Origin: a virus
Lineage: Duplodnaviria > Caudoviricetes
Virus record (IMG/VR): IMGVR_UViG_3300010163_000010
Coordinates: 32,001-96,000 of that record
Length of the DNA: 64,000 nt
Strand: one strand, 5' to 3'
The position numbers were made by a program, and so were the translations under genes. The notes beneath the pieces were generated by a model that was given only the letters and a program-made list of their open reading frames with translations, did no database searches and was not told where the DNA came from. Positions 1-9,340 of the stretch are shown here, in pieces. Each line of letters begins with the position of its first letter. Positions within the stretch are counted from its first letter, which is position 1.

Positions 1-129
1 GTACGTATCGCCTACCCTCCCAGCAGGCTTCCCATTAATAAGCACATTTGAACTTCCACTGGTTAAACTCGTAGGAACACAAGAATCATGTCCCGAGTTC
101 TTATCTCCAAGTCTTGTAGCTCCAGGCAT
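1..129 (-). CDS. PAAR-domain spike tip protein (T4 gp5.4-like), truncated by window edge
   Basis: Manual translation from ATG at 129: MPGATRLGDKNSGHDSCVPTSLTSGSSNVLINGKPAGRVGDTY, with PAAR-type 'ATRLGD' and 'NVLINGKPAGRVGD' motifs; AGGTGA RBS upstream. Confidence 0.9.
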   Translation of the reverse strand, partial: MPGATRLGDKNSGHDSCVPTSLTSGSSNVLINGKPAGRVGDTY

Positions 130-140
130 ATTCAATCACC

Positions 141-428
141 TTAGTTGAGGCGAATAATTCCGCCGGATACTTTGAAGTTGCCATTGATCTCAACATCACC
201 GTTAATCTTCAGCTTATTACAGTTGATTGTGATGTTCTTGGCATTGAGAACAATATTTCCTGTTTTGGCATTGATATCAACGCTGGTGAATTTGATGCTG
301 TCGGGAACCTCAATGACCATCTGCTTCCCTTCATAGATCAAGACAGTCATGCCACCAGCCGATTCAAGCTCAGACCTGTGGATACCCCTCTTTTGAAGGG
401 TATCCGTCGGTTCACCGCTTTCAATCAT
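141..428 (-). CDS. Baseplate spike (gp5/gpV C-terminal beta-helix-like) protein
   Basis: Short beta-strand repeats (KINGDVEINGNFKVSGG) ending in IRLN, a typical PAAR-docking terminus; directly upstream of the PAAR gene. Confidence 0.65.
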   Translation of the reverse strand: MIESGEPTDTLQKRGIHRSELESAGGMTVLIYEGKQMVIEVPDSIKFTSVDINAKTGNIVLNAKNITINCNKLKINGDVEINGNFKVSGGIIRLN

Positions 429-441
429 ACTTGATTACCTC

Positions 442-747
442 TCAGACCCTGGGAACCAGAACCATGTAGCCGTCGGTATCCCGGACACCGCTCTTGGTCT
501 TCTTGATCTTCTTACCGCTAAGCATCTTGTTGTACCGGTCACGGATCCGAGTCAGAATGTCGTTCTCACCGGCGTTGTTGGCATTGATAATAATGGACAG
601 GATCTCCTCATCGCGGGCTTCCTTGCCGTACACAGGGATAGCCAGGAGCGCGATCATCAGATCCCGATTGACGTCTTTCATAACGACCTTATTCGCGGTC
701 TTCTTCTCCTGCTTCTCCAGGAGCATAGCACGCACATTCACAGACAT
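442..747 (-). CDS. Hypothetical protein with C-terminal DTDGYMVLVP motif
   Basis: 101-aa ORF, GAAAGGA RBS, RACA-N6-TA motif upstream. Confidence 0.75.
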   Translation of the reverse strand: MSVNVRAMLLEKQEKKTANKVVMKDVNRDLMIALLAIPVYGKEARDEEILSIIINANNAGENDILTRIRDRYNKMLSGKKIKKTKSGVRDTDGYMVLVPRV

Positions 748-768
748 AGTAACACATCCTTTCTACGT

Positions 769-780
769 TATTTAATTGTC
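769..780 (-). promoter_or_regulatory. Putative late-type promoter motif RACA-N6-TA
   Basis: GACAATTAAATA on minus strand, upstream of the 747 ORF / spike / PAAR operon. Confidence 0.55.
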
Positions 781-827
781 TTGATACGATTAAATAAACA
801 ATTATAAGACCATTTTATAATACCTCG

Positions 828-839
828 AACACCAATATA
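828..839 (+). promoter_or_regulatory. Putative late-type promoter motif AACA-N6-TA
   Basis: AACACCAATATA 30 bp upstream of the RNAP beta gene. Confidence 0.6.
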
Positions 840-869
840 AAGTTCGGAAATACGGAAGGATGTGATACA

Positions 870-3800
870 ATGGTATATCTGGACTATCTTGACAGCTTTA
901 CAGTTTATAAGGCAAAGCAGCCGGTAATCATGCCGGAAGCAACCAAGAACCGTAAAAAGAACCGGGCGTACGTGGTCCTTGCTCCTACGATCGAGCAAGG
1001 ATTTCAGTTTTTGTCTACTACCAACAACGTCAAATATCGGAATCTGACCAAGTACTTCATTCCGATGAAATGGAACGTTTCTTTGTACGGCAGCGGCCAC
1101 CAAATTGTGAAATTTGATGCTGAGGGAGAAGTATCTGATCTGCTTTCCAAATACCAGCACGGAAACCTTTCTGGTATCAAGAAAGTGGATCGCTTTATCC
1201 CTGGAAAAGCCGATCCCCTCAAACAGTTTAACGTCTTGGTAGAAGTGAACTACGTATTTGATACGATTCTGAATAACGCCAAGGATCATAGAAAGCTGTC
1301 AGTTAAGATAGATCAAGTGCTGACTGAACTCGGCAAAGCTATAGCAACGATAAGCTCTCTCGGCAATTATGAGATAACCACGCTGATCCCATTGACTCTG
1401 TGGTTCTCACATGAAGATTACACTAATCCTGATCAGTTGTGGAAGCCCACAACGAAAAATCCCATGGGACATGTGTTAAGGTCACTCTTGTCGTACCGGA
1501 AAACCTTAGATCTGCTCGCTGGGCCTGGTGAAAACTCTTCATTGGTTTTGCTTGATAACAATACACTGATCAGGCTTACACCGAGTAAACTCCCAGCAGA
1601 TAGTGCTGATGGCAACGAATACAACCTTTTCATTAAGGATATATACAAGCAGTTCTTTACCAAAGCGAAAAAGAGCGTTGCTTCGGTTATTGACTATGGC
1701 GATGATGAAGAAACCATCAAGGATGCTGCCGCGGAGAAGCAGTTAGCCCAGGCCAAGAAAGAGACCACTGTAGACTTAGCTCAGGAAAAAATTGAAAAAG
1801 ATCTCAAAATCGACCATGAAAAACTCAGCGATGAAAAAGCTGCAGAGGTTCGCAAGATTGCAGCTAAGGCAGTAAGGGAGAAAGAAGAGCTGGTAGAACC
1901 CGAAGAGGAAGCTGATACCCCTGAGGTGGATGATACCAAACTTTCTCAACAGGAAGCAGACGTTCTTCTTACTGCACAGATGGAAGGCCGGTCCGCAGAA
2001 TCAGCAAAGCGCAACGAGATGCTCAAGAAGAAATACACCGAACTTAAAATGGGAGACACTTCCATTAAACAATTGGTCGAAGAAGAAAAGGAAGTTGATG
2101 TCCCTACAGTCGCAATCCATGCTAAAACTCTTAATCCTGCAATGGAAAATATCACTGGTCAACGGTTTGAGGAAGTTTACGAAGAAAACCTAATGCAGCA
2201 TGATCTTGTGAATATCCTTCTTCATTTCTCCACTGCAAAACCGGCAATGTATCTGAATAAAGACATCAAAATCGTTGATGTCTCTACTCATGTCGATCGG
2301 GTCATCAGATACACCGTTCAGTTTGAGGATGAGGATCGCAAACGTCACAGTTTCTCATTCAAGCTTCCTAAGATGTACAAGCACAAGTATCTGTACCTGA
2401 ATGGACAAGAGCTTGTCATTACACACCAAAAGCTCCCATATCCGATCACCAAGGTATCTGCAGATCGATGCCAGCTTGTTACAAACTACAACAAGTTGTT
2501 TATCTATCGGTACGGAACAGCACTATCTCCCAGAATGACGAAACTGAAGAAGATCCTCAGTGGAGACAAGCTTCCTAACTTGGCTATTCGTAAAGGTGAC
2601 TGTACACGATTAAATTCTCAGCTTACAACGATCGAATTTGATGACTTCGCTTCTAACTTTGTGACCATTGACATCGGAAACCAGAATGATAACATTCGGT
2701 TTTGTTTTGACCCCGAAATCAATATGGCAACAATATCTTCCACTGCAAAGAAGCCGACTCCAGATGGCGAAGATGAAAGTGCACTGTTTCCGATCGCTGT
2801 ATCCAGAAAAGGATCTACCAAAACTCAGTACTGGTTGTCTGGAATTACAAACAATATCTACGATTCCACTGGTAAGTCTTGTGGAGAACTATCAGAGTTC
2901 TTCACTGAAAAGCTCATAGAGTATATACCCGATGCAGCAAAAGAACTTGATGCAACTACAGTTGGATCACGATTTATTTACTCTCGTGTGCACATCATGG
3001 ATACAGAGGTTCCTTTAATTCTGGTAATGGGAGCTGCTGATCCTGATGGTCTGATCGGAGCTCTTGAAAAGGGTAAGATTAACTATCAGTTTGTAGACAA
3101 GAGGCCCAAGGTCGACAAAAACACTACTGGGGTTATACCGTTTGCTGATGGGTACCTCGTGTTTGACCGATATCCGTATGAGAACTCTCTGCTGATGAAC
3201 GGCCTCATGATACTGCCTACAAAAGAATACAACTTCTACGATCTCAATACCAGAGATACGTACGTTGATATATTCGATCATATGTGTGGCAGAAAGACTA
3301 TGGCCGATAACCTTCCGGCATTCTACTATATGATGGTAGATCCGATAACTAAAGAGGTTCTGAATAAACTCGGACAACCTACAGATTTCACAACACTGCT
3401 GCACTTCTGCAACGGTGTTCTGGTTGATAACTCCTATCAGATCGATTCTATCTATCTGAATTCCAGATTACGGTCTACTGAGATCATTATGGCCCATCTT
3501 TACAGAGAGCTTGCTGTTGCCTGGAGTAACTATCGGTCTGGGCGCACAGATACATTCTCAATACCCGAGGATGCCATCATCAAGATTCTTCTTACATCCA
3601 AAATCGTAGACCCAAAGTCCAGGCTGAACATTACACTCGAACTGGAGAACGACCGTAATGTGAAGCTCAAGGGTCCGAGTGGGATGAACGAAGATCATTC
3701 CTTCACAATCGAGAAACGTGCATATCATCCTACTATGCGAGGGATTATCGGAACCAACAGTACAGCTTCTGGTGAGGTTGGTATTTGCCGGCACATGGTG

Positions 3801-5126
3801 ATTAATCCCAATATTCTTGATGCCAGAGGATTCATTGATGTCAACAAAAGTGAAGGATACGATGGAACTGAGCTTATGACTCCCGGTGAAGCTCTGTCTC
3901 CGTTCAGCGTTGAGTCTGCTGACATTGAGAGGTTGTGTATGTCTGTAGGTCAGGCTAAACACCTGGTACCGGTGGACTCACAGTGTTCTCCTCCAATCTC
4001 ATATGACTTCGAACGAGTTGCACCGTACCTTAGCAACGACTTTGCATTCCAAGCTAAGCAGGATGGTCAGGTTGTTGAAATCAAAGATGATATCATGATT
4101 ATCAAATACAAGGACGGAACTTTCGACGATGTAGACCTCTCTGTGCACCCGGCTAAGAATACAGACGGTGGATTCTATATCATGAATAACCTGTCTACTA
4201 ATCTCACAGCCGGAAAGAAGTTTAAGCAAGGAGAAATTCTTGCTTATGACAAGAAGTACATCAATGACTTGGATTTCTTTGGAGATCCTTCGGCTAACGT
4301 CGGTACATTAGCACGAGTAGCCTTTGAATGTAACGGCTGTGTATTTGAAGACTCTGGTTATATAACAGATGAATTTGCACATAAGTTTGCTACACACATA
4401 ACACGACAAAAGAGAGTTATCATATCCCCATTTGCAAACATCAAGTACATCGCAAAGGTTGGTCAATCAGTTAAAGCCAATGATCCTATTCTGGCTTTTG
4501 ATGATACCGAAGATGAATTCTCGTCACAGCTGCTTGCATCTATTGCGGATCAGGCTGAAGATCTTGATGAAATTATCGCTACAAGTGCTCCTGTCGTATC
4601 CAAATTCACAGGAACAATTAAGGATATTGACATCGTTTACACCGTACCGATTGAACAAATGACACCAAGTCTTCGCAAGGTTGTCCAGGACTATTCTAAA
4701 GAGGCAGCCAAGCGAGAAAAGACCCTTAGCAAATATGTTAGCGTATTCGATGCAAACACCATAACCAAGAACTCGACGATCTCAGAAGTTGACTCACAAG
4801 GTAAGGTTGGTGGCGTTAAAATCGGTGAAGGAGTCATCATCGATTTCTATATCGAGTACGAGGACATAGCTGGCAATGGCGATAAGGGATCTATTGGTGC
4901 TCTTAAGTTCACTACCTGTGAGGTTATACCTACAGAACTGGCAGCCTACAGCGAGAATAACCCGGACAAGAAAATCGATCTGTATGTATCGGCCTTCGGT
5001 GCATTTAAACGCATGGTTGCCGACGTCGAGAAGGTCGGCATTCTTACCAAGGTTCTTGTAGAAGAAAAGCGACGCATGAAAGAACAGTACGGAGAGAAAA
5101 TCAAGGCAGAATTAAAGAAGAAGTAG
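870..5126 (+). CDS. rpoB: Phage multisubunit RNA polymerase beta subunit (large N/middle part, probably virion RNAP)
   Basis: Beta motifs: KGPSGM..EKRAYHPTMRG..GEVG (cf. GPGGL..EVRDVHPTHYG..GPNIG), DIERLCMSVGQAKHLVP (cf. DANRALMG..QRQAVP), FEDSGYI, GDKGS, DLYVSAFGAFKRM; lacks the beta C-terminus and has an ~400-aa N-terminal extension. Confidence 0.92.
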   Translation: MVYLDYLDSFTVYKAKQPVIMPEATKNRKKNRAYVVLAPTIEQGFQFLSTTNNVKYRNLTKYFIPMKWNVSLYGSGHQIVKFDAEGEVSDLLSKYQHGNLSGIKKVDRFIPGKADPLKQFNVLVEVNYVFDTILNNAKDHRKLSVKIDQVLTELGKAIATISSLGNYEITTLIPLTLWFSHEDYTNPDQLWKPTTKNPMGHVLRSLLSYRKTLDLLAGPGENSSLVLLDNNTLIRLTPSKLPADSADGNEYNLFIKDIYKQFFTKAKKSVASVIDYGDDEETIKDAAAEKQLAQAKKETTVDLAQEKIEKDLKIDHEKLSDEKAAEVRKIAAKAVREKEELVEPEEEADTPEVDDTKLSQQEADVLLTAQMEGRSAESAKRNEMLKKKYTELKMGDTSIKQLVEEEKEVDVPTVAIHAKTLNPAMENITGQRFEEVYEENLMQHDLVNILLHFSTAKPAMYLNKDIKIVDVSTHVDRVIRYTVQFEDEDRKRHSFSFKLPKMYKHKYLYLNGQELVITHQKLPYPITKVSADRCQLVTNYNKLFIYRYGTALSPRMTKLKKILSGDKLPNLAIRKGDCTRLNSQLTTIEFDDFASNFVTIDIGNQNDNIRFCFDPEINMATISSTAKKPTPDGEDESALFPIAVSRKGSTKTQYWLSGITNNIYDSTGKSCGELSEFFTEKLIEYIPDAAKELDATTVGSRFIYSRVHIMDTEVPLILVMGAADPDGLIGALEKGKINYQFVDKRPKVDKNTTGVIPFADGYLVFDRYPYENSLLMNGLMILPTKEYNFYDLNTRDTYVDIFDHMCGRKTMADNLPAFYYMMVDPITKEVLNKLGQPTDFTTLLHFCNGVLVDNSYQIDSIYLNSRLRSTEIIMAHLYRELAVAWSNYRSGRTDTFSIPEDAIIKILLTSKIVDPKSRLNITLELENDRNVKLKGPSGMNEDHSFTIEKRAYHPTMRGIIGTNSTASGEVGICRHMVINPNILDARGFIDVNKSEGYDGTELMTPGEALSPFSVESADIERLCMSVGQAKHLVPVDSQCSPPISYDFERVAPYLSNDFAFQAKQDGQVVEIKDDIMIIKYKDGTFDDVDLSVHPAKNTDGGFYIMNNLSTNLTAGKKFKQGEILAYDKKYINDLDFFGDPSANVGTLARVAFECNGCVFEDSGYITDEFAHKFATHITRQKRVIISPFANIKYIAKVGQSVKANDPILAFDDTEDEFSSQLLASIADQAEDLDEIIATSAPVVSKFTGTIKDIDIVYTVPIEQMTPSLRKVVQDYSKEAAKREKTLSKYVSVFDANTITKNSTISEVDSQGKVGGVKIGEGVIIDFYIEYEDIAGNGDKGSIGALKFTTCEVIPTELAAYSENNPDKKIDLYVSAFGAFKRMVADVEKVGILTKVLVEEKRRMKEQYGEKIKAELKKK

Positions 5127-5295
5127 ATGATTTATAATGTGCTTGTGGTGATGATTTTGACAACTTCACTCAAATTTTACGAAAAGGCAAAAATCATGAA
5201 AAATACACGCTATAGCGTTATTTATCACTAAAACAGCGCTTTATCGTAAAAGAAAACGTCATTTAGAGAAGGTATATTAGGCGAAGAAAACAACA

Positions 5296-5330
5296 GGGCA
5301 GAGGGGGGATATCCCCCCTCTGCCCATTTT
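5296..5330. terminator. Bidirectional intrinsic terminator
   Basis: GGGCAGAGGGGGGAT/ATCCCCCCTCTGCCC inverted repeat flanked by A and T runs between convergent genes. Confidence 0.85.
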
Positions 5331-5929
5331 TATTTCCTGGTTGACCAAATATCATTATCCCCCATAACTGTTGTACGGGGAACATAAGATCGATCTACCA
5401 ACTTCCCTTCCGCTTTACGTGTATCACCAAGCAAAGTTTCCAGAGCTTTAATGATGTTCTTATTTTTATTGATCCAGTCAACAACTGGTGCCAGAACTAT
5501 CTGCGTGTCCTTGGCAACACGACGGGTCTTACGAATCTGCCGTATTAATTTCACAAGCTGACTCGGAGTATAGTCGGTTTTAACCTCAAGTTCAACCGCA
5601 TGCATAATATCCGACGTAGCCCGATTCATTTCAACTTCTTCTTGCTGTGCGGTCTTATAACGAGATTCAACCTGACGTAAGAAATCAAGAAAGCTCTTTA
5701 TCGATTCGCTAGTCTGATCCAACTCGTACATCGTGAGACATTTAGGAGGCTCATACGATGCAATATGTGCAGACACGGCTTTTGTGTCACCCGAAGACTG
5801 GATTTCTATGGGATCGTTAATATTGGCTGTACTGTCATCTTTAAGTACAAACATAGATTCACCACCTATCTGCTCGGTATTACTCTCTTGTTGAGCAGAT
5901 AATAGCGATCTAAGAGTTGATAAGGTCAT
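5330..5929 (-). CDS. Hypothetical coiled-coil protein
   Basis: 199-aa ORF, GGTGA RBS, helical charged C-terminal half. Confidence 0.75.
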   Translation of the reverse strand: MTLSTLRSLLSAQQESNTEQIGGESMFVLKDDSTANINDPIEIQSSGDTKAVSAHIASYEPPKCLTMYELDQTSESIKSFLDFLRQVESRYKTAQQEEVEMNRATSDIMHAVELEVKTDYTPSQLVKLIRQIRKTRRVAKDTQIVLAPVVDWINKNKNIIKALETLLGDTRKAEGKLVDRSYVPRTTVMGDNDIWSTRK

Positions 5930-5956
5930 ATCAATTCACCACGATGTATTTTGAGA

Positions 5957-5974
5957 TACATACTATATCCGTGA
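5957..5974 (+). promoter_or_regulatory. Putative early promoter motif TAYATAYTATA-N4-TGA
   Basis: TACATACTATAtccgTGA; one of 11 copies upstream of + strand genes. Confidence 0.7.
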
Positions 5975-6055
5975 TAGGCAGGCTGAAATAAATACCCCAG
6001 GGTGTCACCGCACCCTGGGGATTTTTCAGGTAAACGAGAAAGGAGGATTATCGGC

Positions 6056-6205
6056 ATGTTTAACATGGTTAAATGGGCTGATGAGCTGCGGAAGCAGTGT
6101 AAAGCATCATCCTATCCCTACCTGGCTAATATGTCTGAGGAAGAAGAGGAGCGCTTGTATCAGGCTTCTCTGGCACGCTTCCTTAGGCAGCACGGTCAGG
6201 TATAG
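6056..6205 (+). CDS. Small hypothetical protein (MFNMVKWADELRKQ...)
   Basis: ATG preceded by GAAAGGAGG; downstream of early motif and followed by a terminator hairpin at 6245-6279. Confidence 0.65.
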   Translation: MFNMVKWADELRKQCKASSYPYLANMSEEEEERLYQASLARFLRQHGQV

Positions 6206-6244
6206 ATATACCACGTATCGTCACGATCTTTGTGACGGAACAGG

Positions 6245-6279
6245 AAGAAACTCATCACTGCCTGGTGGGTTTCTTTTTT
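6245..6279 (+). terminator. Intrinsic terminator
   Basis: AAGAAACTCATCA / TGGTGGGTTTCTT stem followed by T run. Confidence 0.6.
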
Positions 6280-6318
6280 ACTCCAGACTCGTTATTATTT
6301 TGTTATACTGTATCAGAA

Positions 6319-6450
6319 GGAACCCACATTCTGCACCACGATTCACGGACATCGCTGCTAGATAACCGTCTGATAGTATAAGTGATCCATTCATTAGAAT
6401 GATATATACCGCCAGTGCCTTTGGATCGTAATAACTATCTGTCGCCGGCG
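6319..6450 (-). repeat. Dispersed in-frame variable cassette A (CGCCGGCG...GTGGGTTCC, 132 bp)
   Basis: Reads PPATDSYYDPKALAVYIILMNGSLILSDGYLAAMSVNRGAECGF with no stop; shares both boundary motifs with four other loci. Confidence 0.8.
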
Positions 6451-6950
6451 GGAGGTTCTTGCTGCCAGCAGTTGTCAGACCGATCCTCGCTGAAAGAGTT
6501 ATCTGCAGCATCATCCGGCTCAACAGGCGCACTCTCATCGAACGCACTTGTGTCTAACCAGTCGACAGGTGTGTAGAAGGAATGAACCTCTTTATCGCCC
6601 ATAACCCAGAAACCAGAGATTTCTGACCAGACAATCCACTGCCCAGGGCACACTACAAGCGGCCCAGAGACATCATCGTTGAGGATAATGTGAAGCTCAT
6701 CCAGTGCATTGTGACCATGGTCACACGCAATCTCCACATTGTCGACAGAAATCGTCTTTCCACCGGTAATGCAGCAAAAAGCATCCCCGAGCCACTCAAT
6801 CACCTGCTGCAGATTACCGGGGAAGTTTTCCTTGGTGCAAACGTACTGAATGCCAACCAGGTTTCCTTTGGGCACCAGTTTGAGAATCGACCTAAATCCC
6901 GTATCAGACTCAGGCCGCAGGTCTTTAATCCCATTCTCATCCAACTGCAT
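6435..6950 (-). CDS. Hypothetical protein
   Basis: 171-aa ORF with AAAGGAGA RBS; acidic tail whose last codons overlap cassette A. Confidence 0.8.
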   Translation of the reverse strand: MQLDENGIKDLRPESDTGFRSILKLVPKGNLVGIQYVCTKENFPGNLQQVIEWLGDAFCCITGGKTISVDNVEIACDHGHNALDELHIILNDDVSGPLVVCPGQWIVWSEISGFWVMGDKEVHSFYTPVDWLDTSAFDESAPVEPDDAADNSFSEDRSDNCWQQEPPAGDR

Positions 6951-6971
6951 TGTTGAAATCTCCTTTCTTAA

Positions 6972-7640
6972 TCAGAACTGGTAAAGTCCATATTCCTTCA
7001 TAAAATCATTCATGTCGCCTTTATAGGTCTCAATAGAACCATTGGTCTTACAGACCACAATCTTTATCAGATACTCGTACTTGGAGAAACCCAGATAGCC
7101 ATTGGCCATGATGTCGTACACGCCACTGATCCCTTGTCGATGAAAGTTAATGAACTGGAAGAGTTCGCCGAGATTACGAATCAGCCGCTCTTCCTGCCAA
7201 ACATCAATCTTGCTTCCATTCCCATCGTCATCAACAGCAACGAGTCTGGCTCCGATTATCATCTTGTCAATATGGGCAAGCTTGAAGTAGCTTTTCACCG
7301 GAATCTTGGTGTACATCATATCACCGGTATCGACCAGAACAAATCCATTGCTCTTCTCGTGATCTCCAGTCTTCATGAGCTTCAGCTCTTTAGAAGCCGC
7401 CTTATCCTGCCCAGACTCAATTTTCAGCTCACCACAGCCGTACACATTCTTCCAAACAACGAAGTTGCTGGAATTGGTGCACTTGAACGACGAGTGACCC
7501 TTAAACCGCTTCAGCCTCTTGTAGTACCAGTACTTCCAGGAGCTCTTCTTAAACTTAGGCTGCTTCGGTTTCTTTTTCTTGAGGTTATTCGGTTTTACGG
7601 GGATGAGCGTATAGAACCCATCCCCAGTGCTTGTACTCAT
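6972..7640 (-). CDS. Hypothetical protein, N-terminal DGFYTLIP motif; probable paralog of 7637-8263
   Basis: 222-aa ORF with ATGA overlap to the upstream gene; Lys-rich N-terminus. Confidence 0.8.
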   Translation of the reverse strand: MSTSTGDGFYTLIPVKPNNLKKKKPKQPKFKKSSWKYWYYKRLKRFKGHSSFKCTNSSNFVVWKNVYGCGELKIESGQDKAASKELKLMKTGDHEKSNGFVLVDTGDMMYTKIPVKSYFKLAHIDKMIIGARLVAVDDDGNGSKIDVWQEERLIRNLGELFQFINFHRQGISGVYDIMANGYLGFSKYEYLIKIVVCKTNGSIETYKGDMNDFMKEYGLYQF

Positions 7641-8263
7641 AGTATCACCTTCCCCTTATCGTCAAATTTGAGACCTAGTATGATCTGAAGGTTCCTGGGA
7701 TCGCCACAGCTGTGATCAAAGGTCATGTCGTCATAGATAATAAGAACCTTCTCAACATATTTGATTCGCTTGTATCCGCCATGCTTTCCCATCTTTATGT
7801 ATTTATCAAGGTTATCATACATCACAGTGTGAATCCAGTTTAATGCACGCTTGAGTTCCGCGGGAGTAGTAATCAGCAAGTACATACTGCTATTCTTAGA
7901 CGATCCTTCAAGACGTTCGATAACAATCGAATCCATACCACCGCCTTCAAGCAATACTTTTACGGAAAGCGCGATAGCCTTAACATGCCGCAATTTCTCA
8001 GAGCCATCTTTAATGGCCGAGAATTTAGTTCCAGTGGACCAATTAATATCATTGCAGACACTCTTCCAAGCTTTGTTCTGCCAGGACTTGGCGGCGTAGT
8101 TAATCTTGTAGTGCCTGTTGATATTAACGCTCGCACCAGCAACCGGTTTGGTGGTAGTCGGGAAAACCACGGTGTCCTCGACGATCCTGCACTCGCCAAT
8201 GGGATACTCCATCTGAATCTTGGGTCTGAGGATATAGAACCCGTCTTCGTCGTAGTTGTTCAT
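7637..8263 (-). CDS. Hypothetical protein, N-terminal DEDGFYILRP motif
   Basis: 208-aa ORF with GAAAGGAG RBS. Confidence 0.8.
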   Translation of the reverse strand: MNNYDEDGFYILRPKIQMEYPIGECRIVEDTVVFPTTTKPVAGASVNINRHYKINYAAKSWQNKAWKSVCNDINWSTGTKFSAIKDGSEKLRHVKAIALSVKVLLEGGGMDSIVIERLEGSSKNSSMYLLITTPAELKRALNWIHTVMYDNLDKYIKMGKHGGYKRIKYVEKVLIIYDDMTFDHSCGDPRNLQIILGLKFDDKGKVIL

Positions 8264-8402
8264 GGATATACTCCTTTCAATTCTGCATTATCTTAGTGTG
8301 ATATGATGAATCATAAAAGAATTACAATGTAGAAGCACTAACTGAAAATCGTTTTCTACCCTAAACTTCAAAGAAAGAACCGACATAAGTAAGTAAAATA
8401 TA

Positions 8403-8584
8403 TAGCAGCGAATATGCTGCCCTTCGAAGATGCCCTAAAAATGATTCTCGCTGAGAGCTGATGGGAGAGACCTTCAAGTCTCGGGAATCAGCTCGAACCT
8501 AAACTTTCTAATACGGGCAGCTTCGCTGTTAAAAAGTTTTAATATAGGGTTGGTTGCATGGAATTCCATTCCTATGCAACCAAC
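8403..8584. other. Structured non-coding element (nested hairpins) in an AT-rich divergent intergenic region
   Basis: 8403-8422 pairs with 8515-8531 and encloses hairpin 8455-8494; second hairpin 8549-8584; CCTAAA occurs three times nearby. Confidence 0.45.
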
Positions 8585-8776
8585 AACAAAAAAATAGAAG
8601 GACAAAATTTAGTAATTTATACACGACATCGATTCTAGTTGTGATAGTTGTAAAGGACTTTTTCGCTTCGTTCTCGGACTTTGACGTCCTTCCACTACGC
8701 TCGATTAAAATTTCATAAACACTAAAACTACGACTCCAGTCAACATAGACCGTTGGACTGGAGTAATTAAAGGAGC

Positions 8777-9340
8777 GTGAACATTTTGCTCATTGTACTT
8801 ACGTCTAATACTGATGAGGTCAAGAACATTCATCAGTATACAGAAAACTTCGTTGTCAATTACCTCAGTTGTGACCTTAGGCCCCCCTGCGCCGGCGAAA
8901 GTTACAATTTCAAGGTGTATCATCAGGATGGCATGTCCGTTGAGGAATACGATGAGTACACAAATGTCTCCGGGTATAACTACAAATTCATTCCGGTTCG
9001 TACGATAGACCAGGCATTGGATGATATCATCGACGGCATTATCGCCGCTGAAGATCGCTTAGACAGCACTAATGATCCTGATAATCCGAAAGAAGATCTT
9101 ATGGTTGTTTGTTGTTTCCCGAGACAATGGAACGCCCAGGCAGTGAAGTATATCAACAATGTCCTTACTCATAAGGCGGAAACTCAGATACTGGACATCT
9201 ATAAGCACTTCAAGATTACCAACGACAGTCAGCTTGAACAGATTGTCAAGAATCGACTGAATACGGAGTTCGTGTATCGTGATGATCCTATCGCCTATGG
9301 ATTTGCATTGTACAAAGCTCTCGGCGGTGATGTAATGTGA
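8777..9340 (+). CDS. Hypothetical protein
   Basis: 187-aa ORF, GTG start with AAAGGAG RBS. Confidence 0.8.
   Translation: MNILLIVLTSNTDEVKNIHQYTENFVVNYLSCDLRPPCAGESYNFKVYHQDGMSVEEYDEYTNVSGYNYKFIPVRTIDQALDDIIDGIIAAEDRLDSTNDPDNPKEDLMVVCCFPRQWNAQAVKYINNVLTHKAETQILDIYKHFKITNDSQLEQIVKNRLNTEFVYRDDPIAYGFALYKALGGDVM

Noticed and set aside
4159-4190. NTDGGFYIM in RNAP beta (and DESGYILP in the beta C-terminal piece) as further copies of the peptide motif
   Set aside because: Internal location or wrong spacing; the LxP element is missing.
5127-5290. AT-rich gap with short palindromes (ACGCTATAGCGT)
   Set aside because: Too short and not repeated elsewhere; no function can be supported.
6262-6275. 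GGTGGGTTTC resembling a cassette right end
   Set aside because: One mismatch, no partner CGCCGGCG upstream, and fully explained as the 3' arm of a terminator hairpin.
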